Positions 21,663 to 33,102 of a stretch of 64,000 nucleotides of DNA are shown here, piece by piece. Numbering within the stretch: position 1 is the first letter of the stretch; every line of letters starts with the position of its first letter. Under the pieces are notes generated by a model. The model did not search any database. It was not told where the DNA came from and saw nothing but the letters and a program-made list of their open reading frames with translations. This DNA is from Candidatus Dormiibacterota bacterium. Its GTDB lineage: Bacteria > Chloroflexota > Dormibacteria > Aeolococcales > Aeolococcaceae. The stretch spans positions 32,001 to 96,000 of the forward strand of contig CAVPXI010000023.1 in the NCBI GenBank assembly GCA_963709585.1, in the 5' to 3' direction. The position numbers were made by a program, and so were the translations under genes.

Positions 21663-23402
21663 GTGAGCCTCGCCCTCTATCGCCGCTATCGCCCGCAGCG
21701 CTTCGCCGACCTGGTGGGCCAGGAGGTGGTCGCGCGCACGCTGGTCAACGAGGTGCGGTCGGAGGAGCTCGCCCACGGCTATCTGTTCACGGGCGTGAGA
21801 GGGACCGGCAAGACGTCGACTGCTCGGATCCTTGCACGGGCCGTCAACTGCGAGGCGCCCGTTGACGGGGAGCCCGACAACGTATGTTCGGCGTGTCTCG
21901 AAATTCTCAGCGGAGCGGCCGTGGATGTGCTCGAGATCGACGCCGCGAGCAACCGCAGCATCGACGACATGCGGGAGCTTCGCGAGCGAGTCGGGTACCT
22001 TCCCGCCCTCTTGCGTCGCAAGGTCTACATCATCGACGAGGCACACATGCTGACCACAGATGCGTGGAACGCGTTCCTCAAGACGCTCGAGGAGCCTCCA
22101 CCGCACGTCCTCTTCGTCCTCGCCACCACCGAGCCCCACAAGGTCCCGGAGACGATCCGGTCGCGGGTGCAGCGATTCGACTTCCGGCGCGTCCCGATAC
22201 CGGCGATCGAGCAGCTGCTGGCCGATGTCGCGCGCCAGGAGGACGAGCAGGTTGACGCTGATGCACTGGCGTTGCTTGCGACCGCGGCCCAGGGGAGCCT
22301 CCGGGATGCGCTCGTCCTGCTCGAGCAGGCGCTCGGCGCCGGCGAGCGCCCGGTCACGGTGGCGGTCGCCCGGCGATCGCTCGGGCTCACCGACCCGTCG
22401 ACCCTGCACGCGCTGGTCACGTCGCTGGCCGGCGCGGACGCGGCGGGCACGCTGCGAGCGGCAGCGGCAGCGTTCGACGCGGGCGCCGATCCCCGCCAGC
22501 TGTTCCGCGATGTCGCCCGCCTGGCGCGCGCCGCCGAGCTTGTCGCGCTCGGCTACCCCGAAGGTGCGTCGGTTGGTCCGGACGAGGTCGCGCTGGTCGC
22601 GGACCTCGCGGCGATCGCGCCATCAGGGCTGTGGTTGCGGCTCCTCGAACTGGTGGCGGAGGCGGAGATGAACCTGCGCCAATCGGTCGACGCACGCCTG
22701 CTCGTCGAGGTGTGTCTGCTCCGGGCGCTGCGTCCACCCGCCGCCGACGGCGAGGCTGCCGGGATGGCCGCGCTGACCCTCCGTGTGACCGCGCTCGAGG
22801 GTGGTATACCCGCGCCGGCGCCGCGCCCAGTTGTCGAAACTCCTGGGCCGCCGGCAGCACCCGCGGCGGCACTACCCACCGTCTTCCGTGGCCCTGAGCC
22901 GGACGCAGTCGCGGAGACCCCTGGCCAGGCGGGGGAGGAGGCAGCGACTCCCGTGGAACCGGCGGCTGCGGCCGACGTGATCGTCGAGGCGATCGGCCGG
23001 CGCGATCTGAGCACCGTCGATGGCTGGATCGCCGAGTGGCCGGTTGCGATCGAAGCCGTGGCGCGCGCGAACAAGGGGCTCGCCGGGGTCCTGCGGGACT
23101 GCAAGCCCGTCGAGGCGGACGCGACCAGCGTGACCATCGGGACCAACGGTCGCTTCCATCACGAGCAGATCAGCGATCCCGAGAAACGCCGCGTCATCGC
23201 CGAGGCGCTGTCCGCGATCGGCGGGCGCCCGGTCGAGGTACGGACGCTGTTCACCGGCGAGGAGCGTCCACGGGGGGCATCGGGATCGGTCAGCGAGGTC
23301 ACCCAGGCGGTGCTCGACACGTTTGCCGGCAGCCGGGTGACGGCGACGCGCCTCCACGACGAAACCCGGCTCGGTACGCCGCGATCTGCCAACGGTGCGT
23401 AG
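21663..23402 (+). CDS. dnaX: DNA polymerase III subunit gamma/tau
   Basis: LYRRYRPQRF, GTGKTS, EIDAASN, IIDEAHML, LKTLEEPP. Confidence 0.96.
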   Translation: MSLALYRRYRPQRFADLVGQEVVARTLVNEVRSEELAHGYLFTGVRGTGKTSTARILARAVNCEAPVDGEPDNVCSACLEILSGAAVDVLEIDAASNRSIDDMRELRERVGYLPALLRRKVYIIDEAHMLTTDAWNAFLKTLEEPPPHVLFVLATTEPHKVPETIRSRVQRFDFRRVPIPAIEQLLADVARQEDEQVDADALALLATAAQGSLRDALVLLEQALGAGERPVTVAVARRSLGLTDPSTLHALVTSLAGADAAGTLRAAAAAFDAGADPRQLFRDVARLARAAELVALGYPEGASVGPDEVALVADLAAIAPSGLWLRLLELVAEAEMNLRQSVDARLLVEVCLLRALRPPAADGEAAGMAALTLRVTALEGGIPAPAPRPVVETPGPPAAPAAALPTVFRGPEPDAVAETPGQAGEEAATPVEPAAAADVIVEAIGRRDLSTVDGWIAEWPVAIEAVARANKGLAGVLRDCKPVEADATSVTIGTNGRFHHEQISDPEKRRVIAEALSAIGGRPVEVRTLFTGEERPRGASGSVSEVTQAVLDTFAGSRVTATRLHDETRLGTPRSANGA

Positions 23403-23419
23403 ACTCGTCTGGATCCGAG

Positions 23420-23731
23420 ATGAAGAACCAGCAGCAGATGATGAAGCAGCTCCAGCAGGTGCAGGCCCGCATGGCCAAGATGCAGGAGGAGCTCAACGAC
23501 GTGACCGTCACCGGCACCGCGGGCGGCGGCGTGGTGTCGATCACCGCGGACGGGCATCAGAAGGTGCTGTCGGTCACGATCGAGCCCGAGGCGCTCGAGG
23601 AGGGCGCCGAGTTGCTCGCCGACCTGATCCTCGCAGCCTGCAACGACGCTCTCGACAAATCCCGTGCTGCCGCGGCGGCGAACATGTCGCAGCTGACCGC
23701 CGGCTTGGGGCTTCCTCCCGGCCTGCTCTGA
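23420..23731 (+). CDS. ybaB: YbaB/EbfC nucleoid-associated protein
   Basis: MMKQLQQVQ, GTAGGGVV, LADLILAACNDA; dnaX-ybaB-recR synteny. Confidence 0.92.
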   Translation: MKNQQQMMKQLQQVQARMAKMQEELNDVTVTGTAGGGVVSITADGHQKVLSVTIEPEALEEGAELLADLILAACNDALDKSRAAAAANMSQLTAGLGLPPGLL

Positions 23732-23764
23732 CCGGGAGCCGGCGCACGATGACGGAGGCGGGAC

Positions 23765-24364
23765 GTGCCACTCGTTCCTGAGGCGGTCGAACGGCTGGCC
23801 GCGGAATTCGGCCGGCTGCCGGGCGTCGGCCCGAAGACGGCGCAGCGGCTGACGTTCTACTGCCTGCGCGCGCCGGCGGACATGTCGCAGCGGCTCGCCG
23901 GGGCGCTCAACGACCTGCACACGCGCGTCCGTCCCTGCTCGCGCTGCTTCTTCATCGCCGACGGTCCGCTGTGCGCGATATGCATGGATGCCAAGCGGGA
24001 TGGATCGTTGTTATGTGTTGTTGAGGAAGCCCTCGACGTGCTCGCTGTGGAGCGGAGCGGCGAGTTTCACGGCCTGTACCACGTGCTCGGCGGCGCCTTG
24101 TCACCCATGGACGGGGTGGGACCTGATGAGCTTCGCATTCGCGAGCTCGAGGCGCGCGTGGCCGAGGGGGAGATACGCGAGGTGGTCATCGCCACCGATC
24201 CCGACGTCGAAGGTGAGGCGACGGCGTACTACGTCGCCGAGCGGCTCGCGAAGCTCGAGGTCACGGTGTCGCGACCGGCGCACGGCTTGCCCGCGGGCTC
24301 CGACCTCGAGTACGCCGACGAGCTCACCATGGCCCGGGCGTTCGCTGGTCGTCGGGCGCTCTGA
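23765..24364 (+). CDS. recR: Recombination mediator RecR
   Basis: LPGVGPKTAQRL, C4 zinc finger, YHVLGG, VEGEATA. Confidence 0.96.
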   Translation: MPLVPEAVERLAAEFGRLPGVGPKTAQRLTFYCLRAPADMSQRLAGALNDLHTRVRPCSRCFFIADGPLCAICMDAKRDGSLLCVVEEALDVLAVERSGEFHGLYHVLGGALSPMDGVGPDELRIRELEARVAEGEIREVVIATDPDVEGEATAYYVAERLAKLEVTVSRPAHGLPAGSDLEYADELTMARAFAGRRAL

Positions 24365-24381
24365 CAGTCCCCCACCCGGGG

Positions 24382-24744
24382 CTAGCGGGATTTCGAAAGC
24401 CGTTGACGGGCGACGATCTTCGCGAAGATGCGTTCCCCGCACCCCGAGCACTTGGCCATTGGTCGCACGACCACTACTGCGGGGCCGGCTTCGCGCTGGT
24501 ATACCGAAAAGGTCAGCGGGATCAGGCGGTCGGCGCCGCACGCCGGGCAGACAAGCACGATGGCCGTGACCGTGCCACGTCGACGAACCTTTCGTCTGTC
24601 CGCAAGAGTGCGGTCGCGGGCTGCTGAGCGCCGTCGAGTCGTTGGTGGGCTTACAGCGGCCGTTGTTCCTTCTTGGTCACCGGCCTTGCAAATCCCCACT
24701 GCATCTTTTATACCGGTAGTGGAGTAAGCGTGATGAAACCTCAT
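24382..24744 (-). CDS. Small zinc-ribbon protein (true start probably near 24560-24600)
   Basis: CPACGADRLIPLTF...RPMAKCSGCG; paralog at 53480. Confidence 0.55.
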   Translation of the reverse strand: MRFHHAYSTTGIKDAVGICKAGDQEGTTAAVSPPTTRRRSAARDRTLADRRKVRRRGTVTAIVLVCPACGADRLIPLTFSVYQREAGPAVVVVRPMAKCSGCGERIFAKIVARQRLSKSR

Positions 24745-25050
24745 CGGGAAGCATGGTTGACCCGGCTGTCAGGATCCCAGCCGTTCTTCTCGGTTGCGGA
24801 CGAGCGCCAGAGCCGGCCGTGCTGGTCGCTGGGAGGCCTTGCCGCCGGCGCCATCCCTGCCGCTGTCCGGTCGAGCCACGGGTACAAGGCGCAGCTCCCA
24901 TCCGATGCCCGCGAGGAGCCGCAAGCTGCCCGCCCCGGGGACTTCTTTCGCAATTAGATTTCTAGTACCCCTGCGATGACCGGTGACGTGCGCGATCACC
25001 TGTGGAAGATCGAGGTGGTGGTCGCGCCGCTCGCGTAGGATCGTCGTGAA

Positions 25051-25308
25051 GTGAGCGACAATCTCCCTGGCGGGGATACCCAAGTACCTGTGTGGGCCGC
25101 GTCGATGCGACCCCTCCAACTCGGGCCGCTCAGGCGTCTCATTCGAGCGCTCCTCAGCCTCAGCCTTCGACGCCCCCGGTCGTTTGTTCCGGGTGATGAC
25201 GAGGGGCAACCTCCTCCCGAGGGGGCAGGCGTCCCGGCGCGACCAAAGGGTCCCGCCCCAACCTTGCTTGCGGCTGCCGAGGTCGAACTGCCCCGAGATT
25301 CAGACTGA
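25051..25308 (+). CDS. Hypothetical small protein
   Basis: ORF only. Confidence 0.3.
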   Translation: MSDNLPGGDTQVPVWAASMRPLQLGPLRRLIRALLSLSLRRPRSFVPGDDEGQPPPEGAGVPARPKGPAPTLLAAAEVELPRDSD

Positions 25309-25974
25309 GCACTCCCGGGGGTCGTCGGTCAGGATGGCTCACGCGGCCAGATAGCGGCTCAGTGTGGGCCGGGACGGCGAGGCGCCCAGTGCCCGGCTGC
25401 GAGGGCCACGAGCGCAAAGAAGAGAAAAAACAACAACGGCTCCACCGGGATCCACCTGAGGAAAGTCCAGGATTGCACGAGACCGAGAAGCAAGAGCGCG
25501 AAGGCGCCTGCGAGAAGCCACCATCGACGGCTAACCAGCCAGCGCACGCCCCGATTCTGTCATGGATCGCGCGGGTACCCAAGTTGCGTGCCCTTGGGCG
25601 CTCCGGCATAGATCACCAGGAGCACAGCCTGGAAGATCAAGGAGATCGGCGCCCTTCTCGACGCGTAGCGCTAGGCTTGCCGAGTGAGGCGCAAGATCGC
25701 CATCGCCCTGGTGGCGGTGGCCATCGCTGTGGGTTATGCGCTCTCCTTGGCGCGGGTACGGCAACCTTAGTCGCCCTGATAGCTCTGGCCATCGATCGCT
25801 GGCCTGAGACGACCTACTCAACCTGAGGCACCACGCCACCGGCGAGCTGCGTGAGCACATGAACTCGGGGTTGCTCTGAAAGTCTCAAGGTGATGCTGTC
25901 CTCCATGTGGACAGAATCCCTGGACTTGTAGCCCGGTCAGATTCCCTGACCTACTTCAGGCCAGCCAGGCCAAC

Positions 25975-26003
25975 TTGACCTGGGACCTCGGGACCAGTAG
26001 ACT
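25975..26003 (+). promoter_or_regulatory. Putative sigma-70 promoter of the rRNA operon
   Basis: TTGACC-17bp-TAGACT about 200 bp upstream of 16S; a second TTGACA at 26082. Confidence 0.55.
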
Positions 26004-26493
26004 TCGTGGGTTGCCCGCTCGGGGGTGCTCCCGACGGCCGCGTTGCCAGGGATCCATCGTGGACTTGGCGCGCCATGAACCTTGACACTTGAAGAGTGGA
26101 GACGACTTTCCGCGACGGCCTTGGGTCTCGTGCGATCGAGCACGGACCGGCGTAGGCCTCGTCAAAGCATGTCTACGACCCGGGTTTACCGGGACACAGA
26201 CGTATTCATGGAGAGTTTGATCCTGGCTCAGGATTAACGCTGGCGGCGTGCATGAAACATGCAAGTCGAGCGCGGTGTGATGAGGGGTAACCCAATTCAC
26301 ATCTAGCGGCGAACGGGTGAGTAACACGTGAGCAACCTACCTTCGAGTTGGGGATAGCCCTGGGAAACCAGGATTAATACCCGATGTGGTCACAACAGGA
26401 CATCCTGATGTGAGTAAAGGCGTAAGCCGCTCGATGACGGGCTCGCGGCCTATTAGCTTGTTGGTGGGGTAACGGCCTACCAAGGCGATGATG

Positions 26494-26567
<74 letters not shown>

Positions 26568-26689
26568 TAGGAATTTTCCGCAATGGGCGAAAGCCTGACG
26601 GAGCAACGCCGCGTGAGTGATGAAGACCTTCGGGTTGTAAAGCTCTGTCGGAGGGGAAGAACACAATGACGGTACCCTCCAAGAAAGCC

Positions 26690-26728
<39 letters not shown>

Positions 26729-26885
26729 GGGCGAGCGTTATCCGGATTTACTGGGCGTAAAGCGCGTTAAGGCGGCCGACAAAGTTGGTGGTGAAATTTC
26801 AGGGCTCAACTCTGAAACTGCCTCCAATACTAGTCGGCTTGAGTGCGAGAGAGGAAGGTGGAATTCCCGGTGTAGTAGTGAAATG

Positions 26886-26922
<37 letters not shown>

Positions 26923-26959
26923 CTTCTGGCTCGCAACTGACGCTGTAGCGCGAAAGCGT

Positions 26960-26993
<34 letters not shown>

Positions 26994-27092
26994 ACGCCCT
27001 AAACGATGTGCACTAGGTGTTGGGCGTATTGACGCGCTCAGTGCCGCAGCTAACGCATTAAGTGCACCGCCTGGGGAGTACGGTCGCAAGAT

Positions 27093-27136
<44 letters not shown>

Positions 27137-27236
27137 ATGTGGTTTAATTCGAGGCAACGCGAAGAACCTTACCCAGGTTTGACATGCATTCGAAAACCGT
27201 GGAAACACGGTCCCCGAAAGGTGGATGCACAGGTGG

Positions 27237-27303
<67 letters not shown>

Positions 27304-27548
27304 GGTTAGTTGTATTTTCTAGCCAGACTGCTGGGAGAAACCCAGAGGAAGGTGGGGATGACGTCAAGTCATCATGCCCTTTATACCTGGGGCTACACAC
27401 ATGCTACAATGCCCAGTACAACGGGCTGCGACACCGCGAGGTGAAGCCAATCCCTTAAAGCTGGGCCCAGTTCGGATTGCAGGCTGCAACTCGCCTGCAT
27501 GAAGTCGGAGTTGCTAGTAACCGTGGGTCAGCACACCGCGGTGAATAT

Positions 27549-27583
<35 letters not shown>

Positions 27584-27671
27584 CCCGAGTTCTGGTGCAC
27601 CCGAAGTCGCTGGCCGAACCCGCAAGGGACGGAGGTGCCGAAGGTGTGCCCGGTGAGGGGGGTGAAGTCGT

Positions 27672-28453
27672 AAATGTTGCGACCCACGCCGGTAACGGCG
27701 TTGGTAAAATTTGGCTGTATGCTGGGAACCCCGCCGTATCCCACACTACTCGCAAATGTGCAGTGAAAATGTGTTGGGTGATGCGGACAATCAGCAGGGA
27801 AGTCGCTCGGTCGTGGAGACCGGGTTGACCCCTCAGAGACTACACGCCGAACTCCTCGCAGCAAACATTTCAGTCTCCCGTGCGTACCTCTTGGGCGCAT
27901 TACATGACGCGACGATTAGCAAGCTTCATGGGACGGTCCGCTTCGGACAGTCCGACGTAGGTTGGCTGAGCGGCATCGCAACGCTGTGTCGCGCAATCGG
28001 CCAGCGGTCATGGATGTACCGAGAGGGCAAAACGCGCAACCTGTGGATCCTCGAGACGTCGGCCAGGTGGCTGACGCCCGAGATATCTCTCACCTCGACT
28101 GAGGAGCGCCTGGCGTATGCACGCGGGTACTTCGATACAGAGGGTGGGGTACCTCACAATCCGGCAGCGAGGTTCTACATTCAGCTGGTTCAAAAGAACG
28201 CAGTTGATATCGGTAAGCTCAAGGCGATCCTCGAAGAGCTCGGGATCGCCTGCGGCAAGCTGCATAATCCAAGCGCCGGCATCGATAACGAGCTCTGGCG
28301 GTTCTAGTATCCGCCAGATCGCATCGAGCATTCGTCGAGCGCGTGAGCTCGTGGCACCCGCAGAAGCGGAGGAGACTGGAACTCTGGCTCGAAAGCCAGG
28401 ATGCGAGGATGAAGATATAGTCCACGCCCCGTGGCGACACGGGGGCCTTCGTG
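27672..28453 (+). mobile_element. Group I intron in 16S rRNA after U1498 (E. coli numbering)
   Basis: Exons GAAGTCGT|AACAAGG; P1 GTCGT/GCGAC with U.G; P10 TGTT/AACA; core TATGCTGG, AATCAGCAGG, TCAGAGACTA, AAGATATAGTCC; terminal G. Confidence 0.93.
27771..28420 (+). CDS. Intron-encoded LAGLIDADG homing endonuclease, two motifs (1-nt indel near 28305)
   Basis: AYLLGALHDAT and AYARGYFDTEGG; restoring one base extends the ORF to ...SWHPQKR...RMKI* at 28420; start approximate. Confidence 0.82.
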
Positions 28454-28497
<44 letters not shown>

Positions 28498-28810
28498 TAG
28501 GGAGTGGCCCGAGTGCGTACGCGCAGCAATGCGCGTCACGGCACGGACCAGTCAACTCAAGTCGTGCAGTAACGCGTCATGAAGAACCGCGAAGAGTAGC
28601 GAGCAATCGCGAAGAGTACCGGGATGTAATGTGGCGCGGTCCATCAAGCGCAAGCGTGATGGGAAGGCCGGCCAGCAGGCAGTGGGAATCTGCAGAAAAT
28701 AAATGCGCGTCAGGAGCGCGGTGCTCCAGGCGCCCGAGGCTACCACGTCGCCTCGCGGATGTCGCTCCACGCTTCAGCGGTCAAGGGGACCGGCTGCGCC
28801 GGGCCCACAC

Positions 28811-28884
28811 GGGCCTTTAGCTCAGTTGGTGAGAGCGCACGGCTGATAACCGTGAGGTCTGTGGTTCGAATCCACAAAGGCCCA
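28811..28884 (+). tRNA. tRNA-Ile(GAT)
   Basis: Cloverleaf, anticodon arm CACGG-CTGATAA-CCGTG, in 16S-23S spacer. Confidence 0.96.
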
Positions 28885-28899
28885 CGCTCGTATCCGTTC

Positions 28900-28972
28900 G
28901 GGGATGTAGCTCAGCTGGAAGAGCACCTGCTTTGCAAGCAGGGGGTCGCCGGTTCGAGCCCGGCCATCTCCA
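28900..28972 (+). tRNA. tRNA-Ala(TGC)
   Basis: Cloverleaf, anticodon arm CCTGC-TTTGCAA-GCAGG. Confidence 0.96.
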
Positions 28973-29705
28973 CGGGCAACGACCCCTCCGCTCGACAGCC
29001 GGCCTCAAGGTCGGTCGTTTGTACGTTGACACGAGAATAGCGAGTTTGCGAGAACACTGGACGGTTTCCGTCGTCCAGCGTTCAAGTGAGAATCCTCAAT
29101 AACAAACAACAAGCCAGGCGAAACACGTGTCGTGGTGACGCAGCGTCGTCACCAGGCCTCCTGCAGTCATTGAACAGTGACGATAGGAAAGGTCAAGCTA
29201 CCAAGGGCACACGGTGGATGCCTTGGCACCAAGAGCCGATGAAGGACGTAGCGTTGTTGCGATAAGCCTCGGGTAGCTGCTAGCAAGCACTCGATCCGGG
29301 GATTTCCGAATGGGGCAACCCACCTGGAGGAATGTCCAGGTACTCCCGGTTGAATATATAGACCGGGTAGAGGGCACGCGGAGAACTGAAACATCTAAGT
29401 ATCCGCAGGAAAAGATGTCATCCCCTGAGTAGTGGCGAGCGAAAAGGGGTGAGGCTAAACCGAGACGGCGTGATAGCCGGCAGGCGTTTCCGTCTCGGGG
29501 TCGCGGGACCTCAGCGTTCCCTCTGCCGAGGGGACAAGGAGTTACAAAGTCGTTGTCTAGCCGAACGGCATTGGAAAAGCCGGCCGCAGAGGGTGACAGC
29601 CCCGTACGCGAAAGGCACACGACCTCCTTTGAGAGCTCCCAAGTACCACGGAACACGTGGAATTCTGTGGGAATCTGGGCGGACCATCGTCCAAGCCTGA
29701 ATACT

Positions 29706-29751
<46 letters not shown>

Positions 29752-31217
29752 CACCCCAGACGGGGAGTTAAAAGTACCTGAAACCGTGTGCTTACAAGCC
29801 GTGAGAGGGCTATGCCCCTAGTGGGAATGCCTGATTGCGTGCCTTTTGTAGAATGAGCCGGCGAGTTACTTCCATGTGGCGAGGTTAAGGGGTTGACACC
29901 CGGAGCCGTAGCGAAAGCGAGTTTGAATAGGGCGTGACCACCGTAATGGTGGTGGTAGTCGCATGGAGTAGACCCGAAACCGAGTGACCTATCCATGGTC
30001 AGGGTGAAGCGCGGGTAAGACCGCGTGGAAGCCCGAACCGACCCCAGTTGAAAATGCGGCGGATGAACTGTGGATAGCGGTGAAATGCCAATCGAACTCG
30101 GATATAGCTGGTTCTCCTCGAAATGCATTTAGGTGCAGCGTCGTCGATGGGTTTGTGGCCGGTAGAGCACTGAATGGGCTAGGGGCGATCACCTCGTTAC
30201 CAAACCCAACCAAACTCCGAATGGCAACAAACTTTCCGGCGGCAGTGAGACGGTGGGGGCTAAGCTTCATCGTCGAAAGGGAAACAGCCCAGACCACCGG
30301 CTAAGGTCCCAAATCGCAAGCTAAGTGGAAAAGGATGTCACGGTGTCCAGACAACCAGGATGTGGGCTTAGAGGCAGCCACCATTTAAAGAGTGCGTAAC
30401 AGCTCACTGGTCGAATGTCGTGGCGCCGACAATGATCGGGGCTCAAGCTTGCAACCGAAGCCGTGGATGGCCTTCCTTCACAGGAAGGTCGTGGTAGAGG
30501 AGCGTTCTGTTTGCTGCGAAGCCTGACCGTAAGGACGGGTGGAGCGGACAGAAGTGAGAATGCCGGCACAAGTAGCGAGAAACGCGTGAGAAACGTGTTC
30601 GCCGTAAACCTAAGGTTTCCTGGGCTACGTTAATCGACCCAGGGTCAGTCGGGACCTAAGCCGAGGCCGAAAGGCGTAGGCGATGGACAGTTGGTCAACA
30701 TTCCAACACCGCCGCTGGTTCGTTATCAGCAATGGGGGAACGGGGAAGGATAGGCCTGACGGGGCGACGGTTGTCCCCGACGGAGCCTTGTAGGAGGTCA
30801 AGTAGGCAAATCCGCTTGACGCTAACTCCGAGAAGGATCCCAAGACACTTTGTGTCGATGGGGCCGGTTCCATGCCTCCAAGAAAAGCCTCTAGCGAGAA
30901 CCACGGCGCCCGTACCGCAGACCGACACAGGTAGGTGGGAAGAGGATTCCAAGGCGATCGAGGGAAACGTGGCTAAGGAACTCGGCAAAATGTCCCCGTA
31001 ACTTCGGGAGAAGGGGAGCCCTTGGCGGTGATCCGATTTACTCGGTGAGCTGACGAGGGCCGCAGAGAAAAGGCCCATCCGACTGTTTACTAAAAACACA
31101 GGTCTCTGCTAAAGCGTAAGCTGACGTATAGGGGCTGACGCCTGCCCGGTGCCGGAAGGTTAAGTGGAGGAGTGCAAGCTCTGAAATGAAGCCCCGGTAA
31201 ACGGCGGCCGTAACTAT

Positions 31218-31938
31218 CAACAATGACCGTGGTAGTTATAAAATTCGGCTATATGCTGGAATACCCGTCCTTGAAAAGGTGAAGTATCCCGTGCTAGACG
31301 CCGCACTGGTCCTCATGGATTCAGTCGGCTCTGACAATGCAACGGGTGCGGGCAATCAGCAGGAAAGGCTCTCCATCGCAACCATCGCATCAGATCTAGG
31401 CAACTTCCTTGCGGGCTTCGCCCTCGGGGAGGGGAGCTTCATGATTGTCTGTCGGCGGCGCGCCGACTATCGATGTGGATGGAAGGTTTCCGCAGCATTC
31501 AATGTCTCTCAGAATGACATCGCCCCGCTCGAGCTCTTTCGTAGGACGCTTGGGTGCGGAACGATTCGCATGGCTGGGAACGGTGGCTGGTACTTCGAGG
31601 TGAACAACCACAGAGACATCCAGGCCGCGGTGGTTCCGTTCTTCCGCCAGTATCCACTGGTGGGGAAGAAGCAAACCGACTTTGAGCTGTTCGCGGATGC
31701 GGTTTCGATACTGGCGCAGGCGCCACTCACCGACACCGCGTGTCGGGAGATTCTCGAGATTCGAGAGTCGCTCAACGGTGGTGGCAAACGCCGATACACC
31801 ATGGAGAGAATCCTCAGAGACTATACGCCGAACCCTTCGCGTTGAAGGGATGAGATAGTCCGATCTCATGGGCGACCATGAGAGCCGGTAACCACCCCGG
31901 CCACTCCAGGTCTGATGCCTGGAGGAGCAACAACGATG
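31218..31938 (+). mobile_element. Group I intron L1917 with homing endonuclease
   Basis: Exons GTAACTAT|AACGGTCC; P1 TAACTAT/GTAGTTA; P10 GACCGT/ACGGTC; core motifs present; terminal G. Confidence 0.94.
31279..31845 (+). CDS. Single-motif LAGLIDADG homing endonuclease
   Basis: NFLAGFALGEGSF, FNVSQ, LGCG, VPFF.QYPL..KK.DF..F; ORF ends overlap the intron core. Confidence 0.9.
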   Translation: MKYPVLDAALVLMDSVGSDNATGAGNQQERLSIATIASDLGNFLAGFALGEGSFMIVCRRRADYRCGWKVSAAFNVSQNDIAPLELFRRTLGCGTIRMAGNGGWYFEVNNHRDIQAAVVPFFRQYPLVGKKQTDFELFADAVSILAQAPLTDTACREILEIRESLNGGGKRRYTMERILRDYTPNPSR

Positions 31939-31952
31939 AACGGTCCTAAGGT

Positions 31953-32211
31953 AGGAAAGTAGCTGCCTTAGTAAAATCTGGCTATATGCTGGAAAACCCG
32001 AGAATCCCGCGCTACTGCGTTCGCGCAGTGACAATGCGACGGGTGCGGACAATCAGCAGGAAAGGCTGCTCAGCGTGAGCAGAATCCTCAGAGACCATAC
32101 GCCGGACGGTTCACGCGAACTGAAGATATGGTCCCATCTGCATGGCGACATGCAGGGGAGCGCACCGCTAGTGCTCTCCCGCTCGAGCAACGATGTTTGG
32201 GTAAGAGATTA
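31953..32211 (+). mobile_element. ORF-less group I intron L1931 (apparent terminal A)
   Basis: Exons CTAAGGT|AGCGAAATT; P1 CTAAGGT/GCCTTAG; core TATGCTGG, AATCAGCAGG, TCAGAGACCA, AAGATATGGTCC. Confidence 0.9.
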
Positions 32212-32231
32212 AGCGAAATTCCTTGTCGGGT

Positions 32232-32483
32232 AAGTGAATAAACGAGCCCGTACCGGCTAATATCGGTGAAGCCCGAACGACAGCGTGCGGCTGTGCGAGG
32301 GTGATACCGAGGGAAGTCGTCCAACCGAGTTGGATTGACCCTGTATCGACTGAGGCAATGTGCCGAAGGTTGTCACCCGCATCACACCGGTGGTGCAAAT
32401 CCTTGTGGCAGCCAATACGCCGGCAAAGTCTAACGAGACTTTGAAGTTATAGTCAGTGCCTCCAGTAATGGAGGGAAGACATG
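32232..32483 (+). mobile_element. ORF-less group I intron L1951 (different subclass from the other three)
   Basis: Exons GTCGGGT|AAGTTCCGACC; P1 CGGGT/GCCCG; P7 ATCGACTGA...AAGTTATAGTCAG; terminal G. Confidence 0.88.
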
Positions 32484-32762
32484 AAGTTCCGACCCGCACG
32501 AATGGCGTAACGAGATGGGCGCTGTCTCGGCCACGTACTCGGCGAAACTGAAGTACCTGTGAAGATACAGGTTACCCGCAGCAGGACGGAAAGACCCCGT
32601 GGAGCTTTACTATAACTTGCCACTGAAATGGGGTCCAGCATGTAGAGGATAGCTGGGAGACTGTGAAGTCGGGCCGCTAGGTTCGGTGGAGTCAACCTTG
32701 GAATACCAGCCTTGCTGGATTTTATTTCTAACCGGCGCCGTTATCCGGTGTCGGGACCGTGG

Positions 32763-32795
<33 letters not shown>

Positions 32796-32952
32796 CAAAC
32801 GGTAACGGAGGCGCCCAAAGGTTCCCTCAGCCTGGATGGAAATCAGGCCTTGGCGTGTAATGGCGTAAGGGAGCTTGACTGTGAGGCCGACAAGCCGAGC
32901 AGGGACGAAAGTCGGGCATAGTGATCCGACGACTCTGAATGGAAAGGTCGTC

Positions 32953-32989
<37 letters not shown>

Positions 32990-33019
32990 GATCTTGCCCA
33001 AGAGTTCACATCGACGGCA

Positions 33020-33061
<42 letters not shown>

Positions 33062-33065
33062 GAGT

Positions 33066-33102
<37 letters not shown>

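Noticed and set aside
1-24364. Long overlapping alternative-frame and antisense ORFs
   Set aside because: Expected in high-GC DNA; Arg/Pro-rich translations with no recognisable motifs
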